NCBI GenBank assembly: GCA_030674475.1
Contig: JAUSCZ010000035.1
Span: forward strand, 6,432-70,431
Direction: 5' to 3'
DNA: 64,000 nucleotides
Source of the DNA: Candidatus Omnitrophota bacterium
GTDB taxonomy: Bacteria; Omnitrophota; Gorgyraeia; Gygaellales; UBA12090
In this document: positions 56,995 to 64,000 of the stretch, in pieces
Layout: each line of letters starts with the position of its first letter
Position numbering within the stretch: position 1 is the first letter of the stretch
Position numbers and translations under genes: made by a program
The notes under the pieces: generated by a model
Told to the model about the DNA's origin: nothing
Databases searched by the model: none
Seen by the model: the letters and a program-made list of their open reading frames with translations, nothing else

Positions 56995-58454
56995 CGGCTC
57001 TCGTGATAGCTTTTACAGTTTCTTATAAAATTCCGAACCAGGTTAAGGTTTGAGGCGAAATGCAGATGGGCGTAGCTGGCCAAGACATTTTTGTAAATTA
57101 AGCCGTCATAAAAAATCTTATCTTTATGCTTTGTTACCTTGTAAGCAAACTCAATGCCCTTTGGTAAAGCATCAAGATATGACCAGTGAAAGGTATGGGC
57201 GCGAATTTTATCACCTGCCCTGCTTAAGATATTATTTTTGACGACCTCAATATCAATATACCCTAATGCCTGCAATTTGCGCGCCATTATCGCGGAACAC
57301 TTAAAAATACCAGACATGGGAAAGCTTTTTTTCTTAAAATTAACGAGACGCTTCACCAAATACATTAAACCTCCACATTCGGCATATATTGGTAACCCCT
57401 CCTCCGCGCGCTGATGCGTCTCCTGTCTAAGGCTTATATTCTTGGCTAACCTCTCGGCAAAAAGCTCCGGGTAGCCGCCGCCGATATACATACCGTCTAT
57501 CCCTTGGGGTAAAGATTTATCCTTAAGCGGACTGAATTCCACCAGACGCGCTCCTAAAGCTTCCAGAATATCCAGATTATCCTGGTAATAGAAATTAAAG
57601 GCCTTATCCCTGGCAATGGCGATGGTAACTTGTATTGCGTCAGTTGAATTTAATATCTTGTCATTCCCGCGAAAGCGGGAATCCAACTGTATAGATTCCC
57701 CGGTCAAGCCGGGGAATGACAAATTAACCGCCGCTAATCCCGGCGCCTGTTTGCTTATTTTTATTATGCGCCGCAGGTCTATATTTTTCTCCACCAAAAC
57801 GCGTAATTTAGCATATAAACCTGTATCCAGTTTTTTCTCTCCGGCCGGCACCAGGCCCAGGTGCCTCTCGGGAAGCCTTATCCCCGCATCCTTGGGCAAA
57901 AACCCCAATACTGGAATTCTCGTCTTTTTTTCAATTGCCGATTTGGTAAAATGATAATGGTTTGGGCTTCCTATATTATTCAGGATTACCCCGGACAGAT
58001 TCACCTTTTTATCAAACTCTTTACAGCCTAAGACTATTGCCGCCGCGCTCCGGGAAAACGAGGCGGCGTTTAAGACCAGGATCACCGGCGCGCCCAATAT
58101 CTTGGCTAAATGCGCGGTTGAGCCGTATTCCGTATCCCGGAAACCGTCATAAAGCCCCATCACCCCTTCTATAACCGAGATATCCGCTCCCTTGGCGTTT
58201 CTGGTAAATAACTCTAAGATTGCCCCCGGCTGGATCAGCCAGGAGTCCAGATTCCGGCTGATCCTGGCGCAGACCGCGCTATGCTGCATCGGGTCCAGAT
58301 AATCCGGCCCAGCCTTAAAAGGCTGAACCCGCAAGCCCATCTTGCGCAAGGCCAGCATCACCCCTAAAGTTAAGGTGGTCTTTCCGCTTCCGCTTTGGGT
58401 AGCGGCAAAGACTATCCGAGGACACCCGTCGGGTGTCTTTTTTAAGGTTTTCAT
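56991..58454 (-). CDS. cbiA: Cobyrinate a,c-diamide synthase with an in-frame family-D palindromic insertion between the ATPase and glutaminase domains
   Basis: N-terminal P-loop VFAATQSGSGKTT. C-terminal GATase (CGGLMYL). Residues GLTGESIQLDSRFRGNDKILNSTDA are encoded by the palindrome pair at 57655-57722. Confidence 0.8.
   Translation of the reverse strand: MKTLKKTPDGCPRIVFAATQSGSGKTTLTLGVMLALRKMGLRVQPFKAGPDYLDPMQHSAVCARISRNLDSWLIQPGAILELFTRNAKGADISVIEGVMGLYDGFRDTEYGSTAHLAKILGAPVILVLNAASFSRSAAAIVLGCKEFDKKVNLSGVILNNIGSPNHYHFTKSAIEKKTRIPVLGFLPKDAGIRLPERHLGLVPAGEKKLDTGLYAKLRVLVEKNIDLRRIIKISKQAPGLAAVNLSFPGLTGESIQLDSRFRGNDKILNSTDAIQVTIAIARDKAFNFYYQDNLDILEALGARLVEFSPLKDKSLPQGIDGMYIGGGYPELFAERLAKNISLRQETHQRAEEGLPIYAECGGLMYLVKRLVNFKKKSFPMSGIFKCSAIMARKLQALGYIDIEVVKNNILSRAGDKIRAHTFHWSYLDALPKGIEFAYKVTKHKDKIFYDGLIYKNVLASYAHLHFASNLNLVRNFIRNCKSYHESR
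57655..57722. repeat. Family-D double-hairpin palindromic element inside cbiA
   Basis: gtcATTCCCGC-GAAA-GCGGGAATcc...gATTCCCCGG-TCAA-GCCGGGGAATgac. A related copy lies at 28200-28265. Confidence 0.7.
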
Positions 58455-59791
58455 AATTGGTAATTATAGACCAGGTTATCCCAGCCTTCTTCCCGGAAAC
58501 AGTATTTTTCTTTACCCTCGGCAATCAGCTTAAAGGCATGCCTAATCACCGCTTTGTAAAACTCACAGAATACGGCCTTCTGAAACATATTCCCCATAGA
58601 ACCCAGCTCCGCAGGGCAGGGCGAACCGCAGATATTACGGTAAAGGCAGGCATCACATTCGGCAATCTTCTCCACAAAACGGGAACGGATCTTCTGAAAA
58701 GGCGCCGACTGCATTGCCTCTTTTATCCCGGTCTTGAAGATATTACCTCCGGATGAATTCTTCAAGCCGATAAACTCTCCGCAAGGGATCATCTCTCCCG
58801 ATGCGGTAACCGTCAGGAAACAGCGGCCTCCTCCGCAAGGCGAAATATCGCACATCATCCTGCGGGCCTCGGGGGCAACTATGCCTAAGATAGTGTTGCT
58901 GAAATTAGCCACGACTATCCTGCGGCCGGAGCTTTGAGACAACTCTATCGCGGTATCTACGGCTTTCAGGAAATTCTTAGTCATCAGTTTTTCATCCGGC
59001 TTAGTTTTCAGGCTATGTTTCTGGGTCAATCTTACCGGATTAAACAACACGCAAGGGACCTTTTTGCTATGCAGGAACTTCACCAATTTATCTAATGAAT
59101 GAATGTTGAACTTGGTCATTGTGGAGATAACATTTAAACCCTGGTATCCATCAAACCAGTCAATTGCCCGAATCACCGCGTCAAAATTCCCTCCCTTAGC
59201 CGATGGCCGAGTCTTGTTATTTAAAGAACGCAGAGGAGCATCCAAGGAAATCCCTACCCCCACCCGGTATTCTTTCAAGAATTCCACATCCTCTTTTTCT
59301 AATAACAGACCATTGGTCTGCAGGCCGAAGCTAAACTTGTCCTTAAATTCCCTGATTGCCGAAAAGACCGCCTCTTTAGCCAAGAGCGGCTCGCTGGCAT
59401 GAAAGATAATGACCGGCTTTCTCTTTTTATCCCGAAAATAATCCAGCACCTTATTCAAGGCCTGGCGAAGTTGTTCCTTAGTCATTTGAGCGCCGTGTTT
59501 ACGCATCTTGGCCGGGACATAGCAATAAGGGCAGTTGGAATTACAGCGGTCAGTCGGGTCAATATAGACCGCGGAAAGCTCCGCGCTAAACCTGAACTGT
59601 TTCATTTCCCCATCTAAGCTGTCCTTTTGCTTTTGGTAAAGGGATAAAACCTCGCGGGACACAAAGGGCGCGCCTTGCGCGTCTTTAGCCGTCATCGCCC
59701 AAAAGACATTGTCCGCGTCAATCAAGACCGTATTAGCCTGATCAATACTATGGACAGCCAAGCCATTCACCTTTTCATCTGAATTAGACAT
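58451..59791 (-). CDS. Radical SAM enzyme with C-terminal SPASM domain and an N-terminal extension of about 75 aa
   Basis: CNSNCPYC (CxxxCxxC) radical-SAM cluster motif. C-terminal Cys-rich SPASM-like region (CDISPCGGGRC...CGEF...CDACLYRNICGSPCP). GGAG Shine-Dalgarno upstream. Confidence 0.7.
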   Translation of the reverse strand: MSNSDEKVNGLAVHSIDQANTVLIDADNVFWAMTAKDAQGAPFVSREVLSLYQKQKDSLDGEMKQFRFSAELSAVYIDPTDRCNSNCPYCYVPAKMRKHGAQMTKEQLRQALNKVLDYFRDKKRKPVIIFHASEPLLAKEAVFSAIREFKDKFSFGLQTNGLLLEKEDVEFLKEYRVGVGISLDAPLRSLNNKTRPSAKGGNFDAVIRAIDWFDGYQGLNVISTMTKFNIHSLDKLVKFLHSKKVPCVLFNPVRLTQKHSLKTKPDEKLMTKNFLKAVDTAIELSQSSGRRIVVANFSNTILGIVAPEARRMMCDISPCGGGRCFLTVTASGEMIPCGEFIGLKNSSGGNIFKTGIKEAMQSAPFQKIRSRFVEKIAECDACLYRNICGSPCPAELGSMGNMFQKAVFCEFYKAVIRHAFKLIAEGKEKYCFREEGWDNLVYNYQL

Positions 59792-59819
59792 AATTTAAAT
59801 CTCCAAATTAGTATAATCT

Positions 59820-60070
59820 ACCTATTGTAACGGAGCTGGGGGTTTTCGCAGCGAATGTCGGTTTTAGCCAAAGCAGCTTTCGGATTTTCGGGAATCCCGA
59901 GGCCGAAGCCGTAAGGCGAGGCAAACTCGGGACGGCGAGGATGTTTGAGCTGTTTTTGCTAGAGCAAAAACAGCGAGTTCCGCAGCCGCCGAAAATACGA
60001 AAGAACTTTGGCGGCCCCGCCAAAGGCGGGGCAAAACCGACCTGAGCGAGAAAACCCTCAGCTCCGTTAT
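59820..60070. mobile_element. MITE-like nonautonomous element (about 250 bp) with about 20-bp terminal inverted repeats and flanking TA
   Basis: Left end acggagctgggggttttc..., right end ...gaaaaccctcagctccgt. There are longer imperfect inverted-repeat arms and a central palindrome gctgtttttgctagagcaaaaacagc. TA dinucleotides flank both ends. No coding capacity. Confidence 0.55.
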
Positions 60071-60078
60071 AATATATT

Positions 60079-60237
60079 CTACAATAACGTCTTCTCCTTC
60101 GGCACATCACCATACATCACAAAATGCGACAGACCGTTGGCGGTCTTGGCGCATTTGAGCCGGTAGGACATCTCCCCGGAAACCGGCTTTGACTTCTGTT
60201 TCTTGTTCTCCTTGCCGCTTTCTACCTTCTTTGCCAT
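60079..60237 (-). CDS. 52-aa hypothetical peptide (not in the ORF track), translationally coupled downstream of cbiB
   Basis: ATG at 60237 preceded by GGAGGTGA Shine-Dalgarno. Translation: MAKKVESGKENKKQKSKPVSGEMSYRLKCAKTANGLSHFVMYGDVPKEKTLL. Sits upstream of the rSAM/SPASM gene, separated from it by the MITE. Confidence 0.4.
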   Translation of the reverse strand: MAKKVESGKENKKQKSKPVSGEMSYRLKCAKTANGLSHFVMYGDVPKEKTLL

Positions 60238-60256
60238 AGCTCTACTCACCTCCTTT

Positions 60257-61201
60257 TTAATATTTTAACATCCAAGTTAAACCTATTCCTGATAACAATG
60301 CCAGGAACGAACTAGCATACACAATCCTGATACTTTCTAAGATATGCCTGGCCTCTAATGGGCAGGCGCCATCCCCGATATACGGCTCTACCTTGGCCGA
60401 GGAATTATAAAAATTCACTCCCCCCAGCCGCACCCCCAATGCCCCGGCCATTGCCGCCTCCGGCAGGCCGCTGTTGGGACTGGCGTTTTTCCGGCCATCC
60501 CTTAAGGCCAGGCGAAAGGCCGAAGAGCCGTCCTGGCCGCAGACCCAGCTTCCTAAAGACAAAAATAAAACCGACAAACGCGCCGGGATATAATTCGCAA
60601 AATCATCCAGCCTGGCCGAGGCCCAGCCAAAATCAATATATCTTTCATTCTTATAACCAACCATTGAATCCAGGGTACTTACTGCCTTATAGGCCAGGGC
60701 CAAAGGCGCGCCGCCTATAAAGGTATAGAACAGCGGCGAGAGTATTCCGTCCACAAAATTTTCCCCCACAGTCTCAACCGCGGCCCGGGCCACCTCTTTC
60801 TCATCCAGATTTCCGGTATCCCTGCCCACTACTTGAGAAAGTAAGCTCCTAGCCTGGGCCAGGTCATTGTCCTTTAGCCTGGAATATACCCGCATTGTAT
60901 GGGCCTTTAAATCCTTGATCGCGATTGCGGTATAAATAAAGAACACCTCTAAGGCCGCGCCGAAGAAAGGATTAAGCTGATAACCTGCCTTTATTATTCC
61001 CCAAACCAGGAAATAAGTCAATCCAATAACCAAAACCACCAAGATAACCCCGGCTATCTTTAAATTAAAGATATACCTGCGCAGAAAATCCTCCAGATGC
61101 CGGACAAGAAATCCGATTATCCTTACCGGATGGGGAAACCAGCGCGGATCACCAAAAATAATATCCAAAAAATAGGCCAAAATTATATTAATTCCCGGCA
61201 T
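60257..61201 (-). CDS. cbiB: Adenosylcobinamide-phosphate synthase
   Basis: CobD/CbiB family polytopic protein (FGDPRWFPHPVR N-terminus). Confidence 0.8.
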   Translation of the reverse strand: MPGINIILAYFLDIIFGDPRWFPHPVRIIGFLVRHLEDFLRRYIFNLKIAGVILVVLVIGLTYFLVWGIIKAGYQLNPFFGAALEVFFIYTAIAIKDLKAHTMRVYSRLKDNDLAQARSLLSQVVGRDTGNLDEKEVARAAVETVGENFVDGILSPLFYTFIGGAPLALAYKAVSTLDSMVGYKNERYIDFGWASARLDDFANYIPARLSVLFLSLGSWVCGQDGSSAFRLALRDGRKNASPNSGLPEAAMAGALGVRLGGVNFYNSSAKVEPYIGDGACPLEARHILESIRIVYASSFLALLSGIGLTWMLKY

Positions 61202-62678
61202 TTATAATTCTCTCTAATTCTTTCATATCCATATTATTCTCCACCAAATCCGCCAGCTTCTCAAACTCCGCGTCTAAGTTAATCCCCGAAGCCCTGGCTT
61301 TAAGCGGCAGGCCTTTCTTCATCCGGAGCTTATTCAGGATAAGATTACGAAAACCCGGCTGATCAAATACCCCATGCAGATAACTGCCGTAGACCCGGCC
61401 GTCGTTTGACACTGCCCCGTCGTTGTAGCTTTTACCTGAAATATCCGTAACCTCAAAAAGCGCCTTCTGCCCATTTAAACGGTTGGTCAATCCATGATGA
61501 ATTTCGTATCCGCGGACCCGGATATTTTTCCGCAACATCCTCCCCTTTACCCGGCGCAGGATTTTTTCTTTCCCGAAAGAAGTTTCTACCTTTAATAATC
61601 CTATCCCCCGGATTTCCCTTAAATCGGATTCAACACCCAGAGGATCAACTATTTTAACCCCCAGCATCTGAAACCCTCCGCAGACCCCGAAAATAAGCGC
61701 GCCCTGCTGATGCGATTGTTTTATTACCTGGGTTAAACCGGAATTATGCAGATAGCGCGTATCTCCCAGGGTATTCTTGCTCCCCGGGATAATCAGCATA
61801 TCCGCGTCTTCCAAATCCTTCTTCCCCTGGGCATAACTTAAATCCACATCGCTTTCATAAGCCAGGCTGTCAAAATCGGTAAAATTAGAGATGTGCGGCA
61901 ATTTTAACACTGCTATTTTTAGGGGATGCCCGGTTTTGTTTTTCTTATTCTCAATATTCGCCGAGTCTTCTTCCGGGATCAAGATATCCTTAAAATAAGG
62001 AATAACCCCGCAGACCTTCTTGCCGGTAACTTTTTTAATATACTCCAGTCCGCTCTTTAAAAGCCTTTTATCTCCCCGGAATTTATTAATAATCAGGCCT
62101 TGTATCCGGCGGCGCGATCTCTCCGGCAAAAGGGCGAGGGTGCCGTATAGAGAGGCAAAGACCCCGCCTTTATCTATATCCCCGGCCAGCAACACCGGGC
62201 TTTGGGCATAGTCCGCGATTTTGAGATTGGCGATATCGTGGCTGGAGAGGTTTATCTCCGCGGGACTGCCTGCCCCCTCCATAATCACCAGGTCATAATC
62301 CTTCCTTAGCCGATCCAAAGAGTCAGTAACCGCGCCCCAAATCCTGGCCTTAAGATTTTTATACTGCAGGGCGGAGTATTTTCCTATCGGCCTGCCCCGC
62401 AAAATCACCTGGGCCATCGCGTTGCTTGAAGGCTTTAAGAGCACCGGGTTCATATCCACATCCGGCTCAAGACGGGCGGCCTGGGCCTGAACCACCTGGG
62501 CCCGGGCAATCTCCCCGCCGTCTAAGGTAACATAGGAATTTAAAGACATATTCTGGGCCTTAAACGGACAGACCCGCAAACCCCGCCTCAAAAATATACG
62601 GCACAAAGCGCTGACCAAAACACTCTTGCCCACCCCAGAGGCAGTGCCCCAAACCATTAAAGTCTTGGCCTGTTTCAC
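61188..62678 (-). CDS. cobQ: Cobyric acid synthase
   Basis: N-terminal P-loop GTASGVGKS plus C-terminal GATase-1 domain. CbiP/CobQ length. Confidence 0.85.
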   Translation of the reverse strand: MKQAKTLMVWGTASGVGKSVLVSALCRIFLRRGLRVCPFKAQNMSLNSYVTLDGGEIARAQVVQAQAARLEPDVDMNPVLLKPSSNAMAQVILRGRPIGKYSALQYKNLKARIWGAVTDSLDRLRKDYDLVIMEGAGSPAEINLSSHDIANLKIADYAQSPVLLAGDIDKGGVFASLYGTLALLPERSRRRIQGLIINKFRGDKRLLKSGLEYIKKVTGKKVCGVIPYFKDILIPEEDSANIENKKNKTGHPLKIAVLKLPHISNFTDFDSLAYESDVDLSYAQGKKDLEDADMLIIPGSKNTLGDTRYLHNSGLTQVIKQSHQQGALIFGVCGGFQMLGVKIVDPLGVESDLREIRGIGLLKVETSFGKEKILRRVKGRMLRKNIRVRGYEIHHGLTNRLNGQKALFEVTDISGKSYNDGAVSNDGRVYGSYLHGVFDQPGFRNLILNKLRMKKGLPLKARASGINLDAEFEKLADLVENNMDMKELERIINAGN

Positions 62679-63757
62679 TCTAACACCTCTTTCAGTCTGG
62701 AGAGCAGTTTCAGGTTCTCTTTTCTGGCGCGCACCGCTACCCGGAAAAAACTTTTATCCAATCCCCGGAAATTGGAACAATCCCTAACCAAAATACCTTT
62801 TAAGGCTAATCTGTCCCTTATTCCCCCTCCCCTAACCCCTCCCGCGCGGGGAGGGGAATTTGTTTGACAAAGGATAAAGTTAGCTGAAGGTCTCCAGACC
62901 TGCAAAGCTCTAAAACCGGATAATTGAGAATAAAGAAATACCTTTTCTTCCTGAATTAATTTATAGGAATCACGGATATACTTTTTATCTTTCAGGAACT
63001 CTCTGGCCGCGGATACCGCCAAGGAATTTACCGGCCAGGGCGGCTGATATTTCTTAAGCCGGGCAATCACCTTAGGATGAGCGATAGCCCCCCCCAACCT
63101 TAAACCGGCTAAAGCAAAGAACTTGGTCATTGAACGCAGGATGATTAACCCCTGGGATTGGACTGCCTCGCCAATCAGGGTGGCTTCCCGCGGGGAATCG
63201 CTAAATTCCATAAACACCTCATCCAGGATCAAGATTACGCCTCTATTTTTTGTTTCCTTCAAAACCATTAAGAGGTCTTTTTTATCCACGGATAGACTGG
63301 TAGGATTATTGGGATTGGCTAAATACAGGGAATCCTTTCCTCTAAGCCCCTTGATTAAACTATCCACATCCAGACTAAAGTCAGCTTTAGGTTTCAAGAA
63401 CGCGGCCTCGCCGGAAGACAGACACGCCGCCTTTTCATATTCGCTGAATGCCGGAACAGGGATAAGCGCCTTCTTCAATCCCAAGGCCCGGGGGATAAGA
63501 TAGATTAAAGACACGGAGCCGTTATCCAGCAGGAGATTTTGCGGCTTCACTCCGTAAAAAGCGGCCAGGTCTTTTCTTAATTCCAAGTATTCGCATTCCG
63601 GATAGTTGTGCGCGCTATCCATAGCCTTAGTTACCGCCCTTTTCACCGCGTAAGGGATGCCTAAAGGATTTATGTTGGCGCTAAAGTCTATAACCGCGCT
63701 CTCCACAAGCGAATACTGTTTTAAGGCCTGCTCTATATTCCCGCCGTGTTCATCCAT
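62675..63757 (-). CDS. cobD: Threonine-phosphate decarboxylase (class I/II aminotransferase fold) with an in-frame family-A palindromic insertion
   Basis: HisC-like PLP fold (SMTKFFALAGLRLG, the Lys of the PLP site). Residues TNSPPRAGGVRGGGIR are encoded by the palindrome at 62816-62862. Confidence 0.7.
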   Translation of the reverse strand: MDEHGGNIEQALKQYSLVESAVIDFSANINPLGIPYAVKRAVTKAMDSAHNYPECEYLELRKDLAAFYGVKPQNLLLDNGSVSLIYLIPRALGLKKALIPVPAFSEYEKAACLSSGEAAFLKPKADFSLDVDSLIKGLRGKDSLYLANPNNPTSLSVDKKDLLMVLKETKNRGVILILDEVFMEFSDSPREATLIGEAVQSQGLIILRSMTKFFALAGLRLGGAIAHPKVIARLKKYQPPWPVNSLAVSAAREFLKDKKYIRDSYKLIQEEKVFLYSQLSGFRALQVWRPSANFILCQTNSPPRAGGVRGGGIRDRLALKGILVRDCSNFRGLDKSFFRVAVRARKENLKLLSRLKEVLE

Positions 63758-64000
63758 AATAAGACCAGAATTTCTATCCCTTCATTCATCGCGCCGATAG
63801 CATCGCCGGTTATCCCGCCTATCTTGCGCCGGAAATAATTCTTAGCCAACCGGATAATCAATACTAAGAATACCAGGAGTAAGGCTAAAGAAACCGGCTT
63901 TAATAAAAACAGGCAAATGCCAAACATTATCATGCTGGAAAACCCAAATATGCCGGGAGTTAAATTACCGCTAAAATACCCGCCCCGGCTCTCTGCCCGG
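63733..64000 (-). CDS. cobS: Adenosylcobinamide-GDP ribazoletransferase, partial (N-terminus beyond window end)
   Basis: C-terminal motif IGGITGDAIGAMNE typical of CobS. The reading frame stays open upstream to the window edge. Confidence 0.55.
   Translation of the reverse strand, partial: RAESRGGYFSGNLTPGIFGFSSMIMFGICLFLLKPVSLALLLVFLVLIIRLAKNYFRRKIGGITGDAIGAMNEGIEILVLLWMNTAGI

Noticed and set aside
57616-57954. 112-aa plus-strand ORF overlapping the family-D palindrome
   Set aside because: It is antisense to cbiA, whose frame is intact across the region and matches CbiA on both sides of the insertion.
59808-60113. 101-aa minus-strand ORF in the six-frame track (MVMCRRRRRYCRIYYNGAEGF...)
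   Set aside because: It lies entirely within the MITE-like palindromic element. The low-complexity, Arg/Cys/Pro-rich translation is the kind produced by reading through GC-rich inverted repeats. There is no Shine-Dalgarno.
1-64000. CRISPR arrays, rRNA genes, integrases, transposases and phage structural genes
   Set aside because: None was seen. Direct repeats with unique spacers are absent, and all repeats found are palindromic or tandem microsatellites. No rRNA-like or recombinase-like sequence was recognised.

Overview
This 64 kb window looks like a chromosomal region from an anaerobic, probably uncultivated bacterium. That taxonomic reading is inference from gene content only.

Nearly all genes are on the minus strand and tightly packed. 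Housekeeping and metabolic genes include pyruvate-phosphate dikinase, GlyRS, PanB, TsaD, GatCAB, a C-terminal processing protease, a membrane pyrophosphatase, CstA, LivKHMGF, a menFDBACE menaquinone cluster, rubrerythrin and PrmA. A roughly 18 kb anaerobic cobalamin super-operon spans cbiH-G-F-L-E-D, cbiMNQO, cbiC, a CbiX fusion, cbiA, cbiB, cobQ, cobD and the start of cobS. A candidate cobalamin riboswitch sits upstream of an outer-membrane barrel gene that precedes cbiMNQO.

The less ordinary content is:
- **Palindromic repeat families.** At least four short GC-rich families occur, and copies of three of them are inserted in-frame inside conserved coding sequences (tsaD, cobD, cbiA, one hypothetical), as Rickettsia palindromic elements are.
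- **Selfish elements.** Two small GIY-YIG nuclease ORFs are present, one abutting tRNA-Arg(CCU) with 24 bp direct repeats and one wedged between cbiQ and cbiO. A MITE-like element of about 250 bp with a TA duplication is also present.
- **Candidate peptide-modification pair.** A radical-SAM/SPASM enzyme sits in the cobalamin operon downstream of a 52-aa ORF that the six-frame track did not list.
- **Toxin-antitoxin modules.** Three are present: HTH-PIN, HicAB, and a PIN with a downstream partner inside the cbi operon.
- **Unusual fusions.** These are bactofilin-HTH, a Cys-rich domain fused to CbiX, and a CbiM-CbiN fusion joined through a heptamer microsatellite.
- **Duplicated leader.** A tandemly duplicated 5' leader carries a 16 bp perfect-palindrome motif that recurs upstream of cbiC.

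I found no CRISPR array, no rRNA, and only one tRNA.
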